A stretch of DNA of 64,000 bases from Candidatus Nomurabacteria bacterium (GCA_943356525.1 CALRFG010000004.1:290-64289), one strand, 5' to 3'. Positions 38,645 to 49,723 are shown, numbered from the stretch's first letter. A program made the numbers and translations. The notes: generated from the letters alone by a model not told the origin.

Positions 38645-39601
38645 ATGAACATAGTCTTTAAAATATTTTTATCTTTTACTATAGTGTTTTTAATAGCAAT
38701 GTCTTTTATATACTTAAATATTTTTATACCGGTAAACGCAATTCAATACCCAGTAATAGTTGAAGTTGTTAAAGGTGAAAGTCTGTCTTCAGTTTCTGAA
38801 AAATTGTATGATAAAAAATTAATTAAGAATAAATTTATATTTAAAAATTTTATAAAACTTTTAAGACAAGACTCTCGTATACAATTAGGGGAATATTCAT
38901 ATCATAGACCTATGAATACTATAGAGATTTTGAATAAACTTGTCTCTGGAAGATTTGAATATATACCTGTAATAATGACCATAAAAGAAGGTGAGGATTA
39001 TAGAACTATAACTGATAAGATTTATGATAAGTTTAAAAATGTATCTGCGGAATATTCAAAAGATCAATTGATTGAAATATTGAAAACAAAAGAAGGTTAT
39101 TTATTTCCAGAAACATATAACTTTGCACCATTTACAAGACTTGACGGTATTTTTAAAAAAATAGATCAAGAATTTGTAAAAAGAACACAAAAATATAGTC
39201 TGAGTACTGAGGATCTTTCTAGAACATTGATCATAGCGTCTATTCTTGAAAAAGAAGTTCCACACCCTGAAGATATGAAGGTGGTTTCAGGGATAATACA
39301 AAATCGTCTACGAAAAAAAATGCCATTACAGATGGACTCAACTTTGGGCTATATCACAGGTAAGGCTTCGCTTCAACTGACGTCTCAAGATTTGGCAACA
39401 AGTTCTCCATATAACACATATAAAATAAAAGGCTTACCATCAGGACCGATTGGAAATCCGGGAGATGTTGCTATAGAGGCTGCTATAAACCCTGATAAAA
39501 ATGATTTTATATATTTCTTATCTGATAAAAGTGGTGTAAATCATTATGCAAAGAGTTATGCTGAGCATTTAAAAAATAGGAGGTTGTATTTAAATAAATA
39601 G
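38645..39601 (+). CDS. mltG: Endolytic transglycosylase MltG
   Basis: EGYLFPETY, IASILEKE, LQMD, SPYNTY..GLP.GPIGNPG. Confidence 0.93.
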   Translation: MNIVFKIFLSFTIVFLIAMSFIYLNIFIPVNAIQYPVIVEVVKGESLSSVSEKLYDKKLIKNKFIFKNFIKLLRQDSRIQLGEYSYHRPMNTIEILNKLVSGRFEYIPVIMTIKEGEDYRTITDKIYDKFKNVSAEYSKDQLIEILKTKEGYLFPETYNFAPFTRLDGIFKKIDQEFVKRTQKYSLSTEDLSRTLIIASILEKEVPHPEDMKVVSGIIQNRLRKKMPLQMDSTLGYITGKASLQLTSQDLATSSPYNTYKIKGLPSGPIGNPGDVAIEAAINPDKNDFIYFLSDKSGVNHYAKSYAEHLKNRRLYLNK

Positions 39602-39625
39602 ACATTTTGTGATATATTCATAATA

Positions 39626-40669
39626 ATGTCCACTATGAAAAAAGTCTACCTAGGCATGTCAGGAGGTGTTGATTCTTCGGTATCAGCTTACCTATTAAAG
39701 AAACAAGGTTATGATGTAACTGGTGTTTTTATCCGTGTATGGCAACCTGACTTAGGTTCATGTACCTGGAAAGATGAAAGACGTGATGCCATGCGAGTAT
39801 GCGCACATCTAGATATTCCTTTTATAACTTTGGACCTGAGAGATGAATATAAAAAAGGTGTTGTTGATTATATGTTCAGTGAATATTCTAAAGGTAATGT
39901 TCCAAACCCGGATGTGATGTGTAATAGAGAAGTAAAGTTTGGTGCATTTTGGAATTGGGCAAAAGTTCAAGGTGCCGACTTTATCGCCACAGGTCACTAT
40001 GCCCAGAATATAAATAATGAATTATTGGAAGGAAAAGATAAAAATAAAGACCAATCATATTTTCTGTGGACTCTAGAGATGCATGAAATGAGTCACATAT
40101 TATTTCCCATTGGTCATTTACAAAAACCTGAACTTCGTAAGCTAGCTGAAAAAGCCAAGATACCAGTCTTTGATAAAAAAGATAGTCAAGGAGTTTGTTT
40201 CCTTGGACAAATAGATATGAAAGAATTTTTAAAACAAAACATAGAAACAAAAAAAGGTGATGTCCTGGACTGTCACGGAAACGTTATTGGAAGTCATGAT
40301 GGTGCAGTGTTATATGCAATAGGTGAAAGACATGGTTTCGACATTTTCAAAAACACAAATACACAAGAAAGACTATATATAATATCAAAGGACATAGAAA
40401 AGAATACAATAACCGTGGGCAGTGAGGTCAAGATAGACAGCAATATTGAAAACTTTATCAAAATAAAAAATGTAGTTTTACGAAATAGCACGGATAACAT
40501 AAAAACATGTAGGCTAAGATATAGACAAGAGAAAGTTAAAGTACGAAGAATTTCAAATGATGGTGAATTTTGTAGAATCTATTTAGAAAAACCTGAGATG
40601 TATTCGTCAGGGCAATCTATGGTTTTTTATGATGGGGAGATCTGTATTGGGGGTGGGGTGATGATGTAA
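39626..40669 (+). CDS. mnmA: tRNA 2-thiouridine synthase
   Basis: GMSGGVDSSV, PNPDVMCN, ATGHY, KDQSYFL, DSQGVCF. Confidence 0.97.
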   Translation: MSTMKKVYLGMSGGVDSSVSAYLLKKQGYDVTGVFIRVWQPDLGSCTWKDERRDAMRVCAHLDIPFITLDLRDEYKKGVVDYMFSEYSKGNVPNPDVMCNREVKFGAFWNWAKVQGADFIATGHYAQNINNELLEGKDKNKDQSYFLWTLEMHEMSHILFPIGHLQKPELRKLAEKAKIPVFDKKDSQGVCFLGQIDMKEFLKQNIETKKGDVLDCHGNVIGSHDGAVLYAIGERHGFDIFKNTNTQERLYIISKDIEKNTITVGSEVKIDSNIENFIKIKNVVLRNSTDNIKTCRLRYRQEKVKVRRISNDGEFCRIYLEKPEMYSSGQSMVFYDGEICIGGGVMM

Positions 40670-40727
40670 AAGTATTTCACCTAAAATATTTATTTAAAAT
40701 AAATAAATATGTTAAAATGAATTACAT

Positions 40728-41603
40728 ATGCAAATACGAAAAGCGAATGGAACTATAGAACAATTTGATGAAAAAAAACTTATTAAAGCACTTTCACAAA
40801 CTGGGGCAAAAATAGATACAGCTAGAGATATTTCAAATTATGTTAAAGATAAATGTTATCAAAATTACAAAGATAATCAGCCAATAAAAACTGATTATAT
40901 ATATCGTTTAGCATTTAAGCATTTAAAAAATATATCTAAAGCTTCTGCTTTAAAATTTTCTCTTAAAAGATCTATGCTTGAAATCGGCCCTTCTGGTTTT
41001 CCTTTTGAAAAATTTATTGCTGATATATGGCGACATGAAGGTTACAATGCTATAACAGGTCAAATGGTATATGGAAAATGTGTGTCTCATGAAGTTGATG
41101 TTGTAGCGTGGAGAAATGATGAATTAGTTATGGTAGAAGCAAAATATCATAGCGACGCTGGAAGTAGAACTGATCTCAAGAATGCTCTTTATGTAAAGGC
41201 TCGTTATGATGATTTAAGGCAAAATACTTTTTCCATAGAATCTTTAGATACAAAAGCTACAAAAGGTCTTGACTCTGCTATGTCTAAAACACTGACGGAA
41301 GGTTGGCTTATAACTAATACATATTTTTCAGATACTGCTATTATTTATGCAAATTGTAATAATTTGAAGTTGATGAGCTTTGATTATCCTATAGATGGAT
41401 CTTTGCAAGATAAAATTATAGGATATTCTTTATATCCAATAACCATACTAACCACTTTGACAAAGGAAGAAAAGGTAAGGCTTATAGAAAAAGATATTAT
41501 TTTATGTAAAACACTTCACAGTCAAAATCATGTATTAAAAGAATTGGGTGTTGATAAGGATAGAATATATGATATTTTAGAAGAAATCTCAACTCTTTTA
41601 TAG
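40728..41603 (+). CDS. ATP-cone domain fused to restriction endonuclease-like domain
   Basis: IRKANG..EQFD..KL ATP cone; GFPFEKF...HEVDV...VEAKYH nuclease motif. Confidence 0.8.
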   Translation: MQIRKANGTIEQFDEKKLIKALSQTGAKIDTARDISNYVKDKCYQNYKDNQPIKTDYIYRLAFKHLKNISKASALKFSLKRSMLEIGPSGFPFEKFIADIWRHEGYNAITGQMVYGKCVSHEVDVVAWRNDELVMVEAKYHSDAGSRTDLKNALYVKARYDDLRQNTFSIESLDTKATKGLDSAMSKTLTEGWLITNTYFSDTAIIYANCNNLKLMSFDYPIDGSLQDKIIGYSLYPITILTTLTKEEKVRLIEKDIILCKTLHSQNHVLKELGVDKDRIYDILEEISTLL

Positions 41604-41622
41604 TATGCTATAATACACAAAT

Positions 41623-42423
41623 ATGGCATCAAAATTCATACCCTGGAAAAAGAAATTATACATAAAAGGCGATAAAGAGGCTTTTAAACTTAGTCGGTCT
41701 AAGATAGATCTCTTTGTAGAATGCCCCCGATGTTTTTACTTGGACCGAAGACTGGGAGTCTCACGTCCGCAAGGCTTTCCTTTTAATCTAAACTCGGCTG
41801 TTGACTTACTTTTAAAAAAAGAATTTGACCAACATAGACTTGCAAAAACTCCACATCCTTATATGTTAGAGAACGATATAAAAGCCATTCCTTTTTCTCA
41901 TACAGAGATGGATGTTTGGAGAGAAAACTTTGTCGGTGCTCAGGTTACAGATGATAAAAATAATCTTTTAATAACTGGAGCAATCGACGATATATGGGTT
42001 TATACAGACGGTGAAGATAAAGACAAAATTATCATAGTCGACTATAAAGCCACAAGTAAAGATGGTGAAGTAACTCTTAGTGATCAATGGCAAGATGGAT
42101 ATAAGAGACAGATGGAAATATATCAATGGATATTTAGAAAGTTAGGTTTTGATGTATCTTCAACTGGATATTTTGTTTATGCAAACGGCGATAGGTCACT
42201 AGAGAGTTTTAATAATAAGTTAGAGTTTAAGATTAAAGTTATTCCATATGTAGGTAAAACAGAGTGGATAGAAGGTGTATTGGAGAATATAAAAAAATGT
42301 CTAGAAGATGATAGAATTCCTAAAGAAAAAGATAATTGCGATTATTGTGGTTATAGAAATAAATCAGGAGTAGCTTTCAAAAACCACTTAGATAAGACTA
42401 GTGATAAAGGGTTGTTTGCATAG
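41623..42423 (+). CDS. PD-(D/E)XK nuclease (RecB/Cas4-like)
   Basis: LSRSKIDLF.ECPRCF, GAIDD, VDYKAT, QMEIY, CDYC. Confidence 0.85.
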   Translation: MASKFIPWKKKLYIKGDKEAFKLSRSKIDLFVECPRCFYLDRRLGVSRPQGFPFNLNSAVDLLLKKEFDQHRLAKTPHPYMLENDIKAIPFSHTEMDVWRENFVGAQVTDDKNNLLITGAIDDIWVYTDGEDKDKIIIVDYKATSKDGEVTLSDQWQDGYKRQMEIYQWIFRKLGFDVSSTGYFVYANGDRSLESFNNKLEFKIKVIPYVGKTEWIEGVLENIKKCLEDDRIPKEKDNCDYCGYRNKSGVAFKNHLDKTSDKGLFA

Positions 42424-42495
42424 ATTGAAAGAATACTATCTTATGAGTCAGGTCAATGCGATTTTTTCTTATACATGATATATTACAAACATAAT

Positions 42496-44298
42496 ATGCA
42501 GCCGCTTGTAAAGAAAATCAAAGATAGAGTAAACATTGTCGATATCATTGGCTCCATGATAAAACTGGACCGAAATGGGATAAATCATAAAGCCTGCTGT
42601 CCATTTCACCATGAAAAAACACCTTCATTTTTCGTCTCAGAACAAAGACAAACATTCAACTGTTTCGGCTGTGGTGTAAAGGGGGATGTAGTAGAGTTTG
42701 TAAAATTATACGAGCATTTAGATTTTAAGGAAGCCTTGAGATATGTTTTTGATAAATCAGGTCTACCCGAAAGTGATTGGCAACAAAATCAAGAAAGAAG
42801 TTCACAGGACATCAAAGCTGATCAAGAAAGAAAAGAAGCGCAGGAGGTATTTGAAAAAGTTGTAGATATTTATCATAAAAATTTACAAGAAAAAGAATCT
42901 GAAAATGTTTTGCTTTATCTAAAAAACCGAGGACTTAAATCAGAAACTATAAACACTTGGAAAATAGGTTACTCACCTGAAGCTTGGCAATTTGTAGAAA
43001 GTAAAATACCACCAAGTTCTATACTTGAAAAAGTTGGTGTTGTAAAAGCTAAAGATGGTAAAAGATATGATTTTTTTCGTGACCGTATCATTTTCCCAAT
43101 ATTTGATATACAAGGTCATGCTATAGCCATATCAGCACGTATAGTCGATAAGGGTGAACCAAAATATTTAAACAGTCCTGACACTATACTTTTCAATAAA
43201 TCAGAAACTTTGTATGGACTAGATAAAGCAAAGGAAGGTATACGAAAATTTAAATACGCTATACTTGTTGAAGGGCAAATGGATCTTTTATTGTGTCATC
43301 AAGAAGGTTTTAATAATACAGTTGCTACATCAGGAACAGCATTGACTGATAAGCATTTACAAATGCTACGTCGGTATACAAATAACCTGATGCTTATATA
43401 TGACGCAGATAAAGCTGGGCTTAACGCAACTATAAAAGCATGGAGTTTAGCTTTAAAATACGGCTTTGAGGTTAAAACCGCTGTTATGTCAGCAGGTGAA
43501 GATCCTGCATCATTGTTGTTGAAAGACAAAAAATTATTTTTAAATACAATAAAGAAGGCAGTACATGTTATAGATTTTGTAATATCTCAATCGGACAATA
43601 AAAGTCGTATATCTACAAAGAACTCTTTGGATAAAATCATACCACTTATAGCTTCACTCGAAAGTTCTATAGACAAAGAGTTTTTCTCAAAGAAAACAGC
43701 TGAGTATTTTGACCTGTCTTTGGAAAATATTAACTCTGAACTTCAGAAATATACCCAGAGTCAAAGTGGTTATAGCGGTAGATATGTAGACAATATTGAC
43801 AACAATCTTGACAATGCTGAAGACTCAGGAAAAAAGGTATATATCGTTATAGACAAAGCCCTTGCGGAATTCAAATCTTTGGTGTATATTTACAATCAAC
43901 AATTAAATACGCTGGTCTTACAATCTGAAAATCCAAAAGATCATTCAGATAAAATACAAAAAATAGATTCATATATAGATGAATATAAAAATAGCGACTT
44001 ATTTAAACTACAGCAAGCATATATACCTGACCTAAATTCAATATTCGATAAGATTGGTGATATTGATGAAAATGTTATTTTCAACCTTGAAAATATTTAC
44101 ACTCAAAAGAAAGTTGATTTAGATTTTTACAAACAAGAGATAGATATATCATATAAAAATTTTACTCATAAGATATACAATTTAGTATTTCAAGAGATAC
44201 AAAATAAATTAAAAAAAGCCGAAATTATTAAAGATAATAATTCAATAAATAAATATACTCAAGATATAAATATATTATGGCAAAACCAAAAAAAATAA
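42496..44298 (+). CDS. dnaG: DNA primase
   Basis: [38 protein letters not shown]. Confidence 0.96.
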   Translation: MQPLVKKIKDRVNIVDIIGSMIKLDRNGINHKACCPFHHEKTPSFFVSEQRQTFNCFGCGVKGDVVEFVKLYEHLDFKEALRYVFDKSGLPESDWQQNQERSSQDIKADQERKEAQEVFEKVVDIYHKNLQEKESENVLLYLKNRGLKSETINTWKIGYSPEAWQFVESKIPPSSILEKVGVVKAKDGKRYDFFRDRIIFPIFDIQGHAIAISARIVDKGEPKYLNSPDTILFNKSETLYGLDKAKEGIRKFKYAILVEGQMDLLLCHQEGFNNTVATSGTALTDKHLQMLRRYTNNLMLIYDADKAGLNATIKAWSLALKYGFEVKTAVMSAGEDPASLLLKDKKLFLNTIKKAVHVIDFVISQSDNKSRISTKNSLDKIIPLIASLESSIDKEFFSKKTAEYFDLSLENINSELQKYTQSQSGYSGRYVDNIDNNLDNAEDSGKKVYIVIDKALAEFKSLVYIYNQQLNTLVLQSENPKDHSDKIQKIDSYIDEYKNSDLFKLQQAYIPDLNSIFDKIGDIDENVIFNLENIYTQKKVDLDFYKQEIDISYKNFTHKIYNLVFQEIQNKLKKAEIIKDNNSINKYTQDINILWQNQKK

Positions 44299-45629
44299 TA
44301 AAAAAAATAATTAAAGTGAAAAAACCCGAGAAAAAAAAAGTTATTAAAAAAGTTATAGCGGCAAAAATAGCAGCAAAAAAAGTTATGGTAAAAAAAATAG
44401 AAGTAAAGAAAATAATTCCTAAAAAGATTGTTAAAATCGTTGCAAAAAAATCTGATAAACCTATAAAGGTTGTTAAGGTTGAGAAAGAGGATAAATCTGA
44501 CAAAGCAGAAAGAATAATTAAAATAGAGGATACAAGAAGTAAGGCTCAAAAATCTATCGACAATAAATATGATAAAAAAGCAGAGAAACTTATCGTTAAA
44601 GGACGTGAAAGAGGTTTTGTTACTTACGATGAGATTTTAAAAGAATTTCCAGATGTTGAAGAGGATATACTTTTCCTTGATTATTTATATCAAAAATTAC
44701 AGGGTGCTCATATAGATATTTTAGAGTCAGGCGGTTTTCTAAATATACAAGACGAACAAGATGAATTTTTGAAGAAATATAGTGGTCCAACAGGTCGTGA
44801 AGCACAGTTCGACTCTATACAGATGTATCTTAAAGAGATTGGTCAATTTGACCTTATCTCAGGACATGAAGAGAAAGAGTTAGCTAAACGTATAGAATCA
44901 GGTGATAGAGAAGCTGTAAACTTATTGATGAGAGCCAACCTACGTCTTGTTGTCTCTATTGCTAAAAAATATGCAAACCGTTCACAAGACTTAACACTAC
45001 TTGACCTCATACAAGAGGGAAATATTGGTCTTTCAAAAGCTATTGAAAAATTTGATTGGCAAAGAGGATTTAAATTTTCAACTTATGCCACTTGGTGGAT
45101 ACGACAGTCTATAACTCGTGCACTTGCTGATCAGTCCCGTACTATACGTGTACCTGTTCATATGGTTGAGACTATTGCTAAGTATAAACAAGTTGTAAGA
45201 AGACTTTTTCAAGACCTAGGTAGAGACCCGATGCCTGAAGAGATTGCTCTAGAGATGGGTGTTGATATAGAGAAAGTTTATATGATAGAGAAGATAGACC
45301 AATCAACTGTGTCACTCGATACACCAGTCGATGATGAAGAGAAATCAGTTTTTGCCGACTTCGTTGCTGATGATAAAGTTAATACACCAGACCAAGATTC
45401 TTCAAAGCGTATCTTGCAAGATCAAGTTCGTGAGATCTTGAATGATCTGAACGAAAAGGAAAGAGAAATATTGATGTTAAGAAATGGTATGACTGATGGT
45501 GTACAGCATACACTAGAGGAGGTAGGTAAAATGTTTGGTGTCACTAGAGAGCGTATAAGACAGATTGAGGCTAAGGCACATGAGAAGATCAGGCAACATG
45601 ATAAAGCTAATAGACTAAAAGGATACTAG
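44277..45629 (+). CDS. rpoD: Primary sigma factor RpoD with Lys-rich N-terminal extension
   Basis: [43 protein letters not shown]. Confidence 0.96.
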   Translation: MAKPKKIIKKIIKVKKPEKKKVIKKVIAAKIAAKKVMVKKIEVKKIIPKKIVKIVAKKSDKPIKVVKVEKEDKSDKAERIIKIEDTRSKAQKSIDNKYDKKAEKLIVKGRERGFVTYDEILKEFPDVEEDILFLDYLYQKLQGAHIDILESGGFLNIQDEQDEFLKKYSGPTGREAQFDSIQMYLKEIGQFDLISGHEEKELAKRIESGDREAVNLLMRANLRLVVSIAKKYANRSQDLTLLDLIQEGNIGLSKAIEKFDWQRGFKFSTYATWWIRQSITRALADQSRTIRVPVHMVETIAKYKQVVRRLFQDLGRDPMPEEIALEMGVDIEKVYMIEKIDQSTVSLDTPVDDEEKSVFADFVADDKVNTPDQDSSKRILQDQVREILNDLNEKEREILMLRNGMTDGVQHTLEEVGKMFGVTRERIRQIEAKAHEKIRQHDKANRLKGY

Positions 45630-45631
45630 AT

Positions 45632-45720
45632 AAAATCAATTTATGGAATGAGTTTCTCCGCAGACCTGTTTTCCTAGAAAATAGGTCGAGGACTGAAACG
45701 GAATGAAGTAAATTGATTTT
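45632..45720 (+). repeat. Palindromic intergenic element, copy 2 (CGCAGAC-stem-GTCGAGGACT)
   Basis: 13-bp outer stem, 11-bp inner stem 45663-45673/45677-45687. Confidence 0.65.
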
Positions 45721-45728
45721 GTGGATAA
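45720..45728 (-). promoter_or_regulatory. DnaA box
   Basis: TGTGGATAA (perfect TTATCCACA on minus strand); another at 2483-2491. Confidence 0.45.
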
Positions 45729-45777
45729 CTTTCCTAGGAGCACTTGCATTATATTTCACCTATGCTATATTAATTGA

Positions 45778-45926
45778 ACTAAGGAGTTAAGCAATTAACA
45801 CCTTAGTACTCAAAAGAAACTTGTCGCAAGATAAGTTTCTTTTGACGTAAGGCTATTACAGTTTTGAAATTACTTGAAAATGATTATCGAATCAGCCTAC
45901 AAAAACTCCAGCAATGGGGTTTTTGT
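45778..45926 (+). ncRNA. Candidate stand-alone structured RNA with three GCAA-tetraloop hairpins
   Basis: TTGCAT/TG-C-TATATT promoter; hairpins 45778-45807 and 45810-45845 (16 bp); terminator 45899-45926. G-U pairs fix the + strand. Confidence 0.7.
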
Positions 45927-45958
45927 TTTGTCTATATATAAGTGATAGAATGATGTTT

Positions 45959-48900
45959 ATGCCACAAAAAACATCTCAACTGGATTTATACCAAGAATCA
46001 TATAAACGCCTTAACAAAGCTCAAAAACAGGCTGTGGACACGATAGACGGACCAGTTCTCATTGTTGCAGGACCAGGGTCAGGAAAGACAGAGATCTTGT
46101 CACTTCGTGTTGCCAACATACTATTAAAAACTGACATAAAAGCATCGAACATCTTATGTCTTACTTTTACCGACTCGGCGACCCATAATATGAGAAGTCG
46201 TATTGAAAAGTATTTGAAAGAAGATGCTTATAGAGTTAATATTCATACATTTCACAATCTATGTACAAGTATTATATCCAACTATCCAGAGTATTTTTAT
46301 GATGGAGCTATAGTTCATCCAGCTGATGATGTGACTAAGATCAACATACTTGAAACTATAATCAAAGATCTTTCACATGACTCTAAGATAAAATCATATC
46401 ATCCTGAGCAAGGATATCTTTTTCTAAGTTCTATACAGTCAACGATTTCACATCTTAAAAAAGCTGGGCTTACACCAGATGATCTTGAAGTTATATTAAA
46501 TGAAAATGATAAAGATATAATCATACTTAATGAAAAACTTTCTCCTATCATGTCAGAGCGAGTGTCAGAGTCTATATATGACAAGTTTTGTACAGAGTTT
46601 GAAAAATTATACAAAGAAAGAGGAAATAGATATGTTCTAAATTATCATTCACTTATCGATGCATTATATCTAAACTTTAAAACAACTGTACTTGAGAAAA
46701 AAGATTTTTCAGATTGGAAATCAAAGAATACTGAGAAAAATACTAAGAGTGAAAACATTTTCAAAGATACGAGAAGATCAGACACTCTGCGAGAGATAAA
46801 TACAGTTTACAAGAAATATCAAGCTGAACTATATAAACAAGGCTATCAGGATTTTGATGATATGATACTAGACGTTTTAACTGTGTTGAAAAAGAATGAA
46901 TCATTACGTTTGAAAATTCAAGAACAATATCAATATGTTTTAGTTGATGAGTTTCAAGACACTAATGATGCACAGATGCAGATTATATATTCTCTTACCC
47001 ACAATGATTTTAACGAGAATAAACCAAACATCATGGCAGTAGGTGATGATGATCAGGCTATATATAAGTTCCAAGGGGCTGAGCTTTCAAATATATTAGA
47101 GTTTACAAAGATGTACTCTGATGTGAAAGTTATTTCTTTAACACAGAACTATAGATCCAATTCTGAGATTGTAGATGCGTCTTTATCTATGATACGTAAT
47201 AGTGAGTTTAGACTTGAAAAATTATTGGCTGGTTTTGTCAAAGAGTTAAAGTCAGATCATAAATTTGCTGATAGAAATATTTTAAAAAATAAAAATGCAA
47301 TTGAGATGAAAGAGTTTGATACAAAATTACATGAATATTCTTACGTTGCAGACAAGATAAAAGAAATAACTGATCTAGGTATTGATGCTGAGAAGATTGC
47401 TATCATTAGTCGAAATCATCGAGATCTAACCGCTGTCATTCCATATCTATCGAGTCGCGATATACCGCTTCGTTATGAAAAAGATCAACATGTTTTAAAG
47501 CAAATACATATCAAACAACTTATTGATATTTTACATTTTGCTAACAATACTATGCATGAGGATAAAGATTTTCTTTTGAGTAAAATATTATCTTTTCCAT
47601 TTTGGAATATTAAACAGATTGATCTTTGGACTTTGTCTAGAAAAGCATATAAAGACAGAACCGATTGGTTGACGATAGAGTCAGATTCTCAAGAAATAAA
47701 TTCTGCGCGTGAAAAATTACTAGAAATTATAAAACTTGCTGCTTATGAAAACGCAGAGCATGTTATTGATTATGTTTTAAACAAGACAGGGTTTAGAGAT
47801 TATTATTTTAACTCTGAAAAATTTACACATGAAAAGTCTGAGTATTTAGTTTTCTTGTCTAACCTACGTGCATTTATACAAGCTATCAGAGATTATAAGC
47901 AAGGAAAAGAGATCAACGTATCTAATGTGATCGACTTTGTAACAGTTTATGAAAATAATACAAACCTTAACTTGTCTGATAAAAGTCCTTTCGTAAATGC
48001 TCGTAATGCTGTGAACTTGCTGACAGCTCACAAATCCAAAGGTCTAGAGTTCGAGATAGTGTTCATCTTGTCAGGAAACGAGTCCACCTGGGCCAATAAA
48101 AAGGCAAATACAACATATCTGCCAAAGAACTTGCCGATCACTCCTGCTGGAGACTCTGAGGATGATTGGCTTAGACTATTCTTTGTAACTTTAACTCGTG
48201 CGAAAGATCATATCTATATAACAAATCACAGAGCAGCGGACAATGGTAAAGGAACTGATAGATTAAGATTTTTAGGTATGATGAACTCAGTGGAAGTAGA
48301 GGAGGGGACAGTTGATCACATAAACAGTACTGATATCTTAGAGTCATCTGTGCTATTAGCAAATCAAAATATACGAACTGATTTTCTGGATAGTGAAAAA
48401 GCCCTACTTGATTCTATTTTGGAAAATTTGGTTTTACCTATAACTCATGTAAACAATTTCTTAAATATTCCCAAAGGTGGACCGATATATTTTTTGGAAA
48501 ATAATGTACTTCGTTTTCCACAAGCTAAAACTCCAAACGCAGGGTACGGATCTGCGATGCATAATATTTTAAACAAAAGTTTGATGCATTTTAAAACTCA
48601 GAAAAAATATCCTACCCTAGATGAAGTTAAAAAATGGTTTACAGAAAGTTTGATGCATGAAAGATTGTCCCATGCTGATTATAAAAACTTTTTAGCAAAG
48701 GGTTTGTCTGCACTTGATCTTATTTATAAAGAAAAGATTTTGACCATGAAAGATACAGATGTGTCTGAGGTTGATTTTAAAAATGAAGGGGTGACTTTTA
48801 GTGATGGTAATAATATAATTCCATTAACCGGTAAGATTGATGTACTTCATTTTAAAGATAAACACGATGTATACGTTGCTGATTATAAAACAGGAAAATC

Positions 48901-49234
48901 GTTTACAGATTGGGTTAAGGGGAATAATGAGAATGATAAAATAAAACTTCATTTTTATAGAAATCAGTTGGTGTTTTATAAAATACTGATAAAGAAATCT
49001 AAAAATCTAAATCATTTAAATGTGTTAGGTGGTGTGCTGGAGTTTATTGAGGGGGATCAAGAGCTTCGAGATTTGTACTTGGATATAACTAATGAGGATA
49101 TGGAGAGACTTGAAAGTGTTATCAAGGGTGTATACAAGAGAATAATGGAACATGATTTCACGGTCCCGGACGGGCTTGTAGGGTTGGGAGATTTGGAGAG
49201 TATTGAGAGGTTTGAGGAGATGATGTTGAGCTAA
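45959..49234 (+). CDS. UvrD/PcrA-like helicase with C-terminal PD-(D/E)XK nuclease (AdnAB/AddA-like)
   Basis: AGPGSGKT, LVDEFQD, GDDDQAIY, NYRS, HKSKGLEF, VTLTRAK; C-terminal GKID...DYKTG...QL.FY. Confidence 0.92.
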   Translation: MPQKTSQLDLYQESYKRLNKAQKQAVDTIDGPVLIVAGPGSGKTEILSLRVANILLKTDIKASNILCLTFTDSATHNMRSRIEKYLKEDAYRVNIHTFHNLCTSIISNYPEYFYDGAIVHPADDVTKINILETIIKDLSHDSKIKSYHPEQGYLFLSSIQSTISHLKKAGLTPDDLEVILNENDKDIIILNEKLSPIMSERVSESIYDKFCTEFEKLYKERGNRYVLNYHSLIDALYLNFKTTVLEKKDFSDWKSKNTEKNTKSENIFKDTRRSDTLREINTVYKKYQAELYKQGYQDFDDMILDVLTVLKKNESLRLKIQEQYQYVLVDEFQDTNDAQMQIIYSLTHNDFNENKPNIMAVGDDDQAIYKFQGAELSNILEFTKMYSDVKVISLTQNYRSNSEIVDASLSMIRNSEFRLEKLLAGFVKELKSDHKFADRNILKNKNAIEMKEFDTKLHEYSYVADKIKEITDLGIDAEKIAIISRNHRDLTAVIPYLSSRDIPLRYEKDQHVLKQIHIKQLIDILHFANNTMHEDKDFLLSKILSFPFWNIKQIDLWTLSRKAYKDRTDWLTIESDSQEINSAREKLLEIIKLAAYENAEHVIDYVLNKTGFRDYYFNSEKFTHEKSEYLVFLSNLRAFIQAIRDYKQGKEINVSNVIDFVTVYENNTNLNLSDKSPFVNARNAVNLLTAHKSKGLEFEIVFILSGNESTWANKKANTTYLPKNLPITPAGDSEDDWLRLFFVTLTRAKDHIYITNHRAADNGKGTDRLRFLGMMNSVEVEEGTVDHINSTDILESSVLLANQNIRTDFLDSEKALLDSILENLVLPITHVNNFLNIPKGGPIYFLENNVLRFPQAKTPNAGYGSAMHNILNKSLMHFKTQKKYPTLDEVKKWFTESLMHERLSHADYKNFLAKGLSALDLIYKEKILTMKDTDVSEVDFKNEGVTFSDGNNIIPLTGKIDVLHFKDKHDVYVADYKTGKSFTDWVKGNNENDKIKLHFYRNQLVFYKILIKKSKNLNHLNVLGGVLEFIEGDQELRDLYLDITNEDMERLESVIKGVYKRIMEHDFTVPDGLVGLGDLESIERFEEMMLS

Positions 49235-49273
49235 GTTTTTTCTATGGAATAATTTTCATGCTACAATAAATCC

Positions 49274-49723
49274 ATGATTAACTTAGACTTTATTGGTTTA
49301 TTTATATTACTCGCTGGGTTTGTTATAGGACTTGGTGCTGTGAATGTTATAGATATACATGGTTTTTTAAGTAGAAAATCATCATATTGGACAGAGGCTA
49401 CTATAAGAACACATAAAGTAACAAAACCACTTATATGGTTTGGAATATTTTTAGCTATTGTTGGTGGTTTTATATTTTATCGCGATCAAACATTTTCAGG
49501 TATTCCTATGTATCATAGTTTGATTGCTTCTATACTTATATTGAACGGATTATTTCTTTCATTCTATATAAGTCCATTATTATTAAAAAGAGAAAATGAA
49601 GGTAGACAGGCTGAGATTTTACCAAAATCAATTCAAAATAAGATTGTTGTTAGTTTTTTGATCTCTGATATCGGATGGTGGGTAGGTTTGATGATGTTAG
49701 TGTGGTATTTGTTGGGTAAATAA
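49274..49723 (+). CDS. Hypothetical membrane protein
   Basis: Four TM segments; leaderless promoter. Confidence 0.65.
   Translation: MINLDFIGLFILLAGFVIGLGAVNVIDIHGFLSRKSSYWTEATIRTHKVTKPLIWFGIFLAIVGGFIFYRDQTFSGIPMYHSLIASILILNGLFLSFYISPLLLKRENEGRQAEILPKSIQNKIVVSFLISDIGWWVGLMMLVWYLLGK

Noticed and set aside
44228-44549. Phe-rich antisense ORFs
   Set aside because: They are shadows of the Lys-rich rpoD N-terminus.
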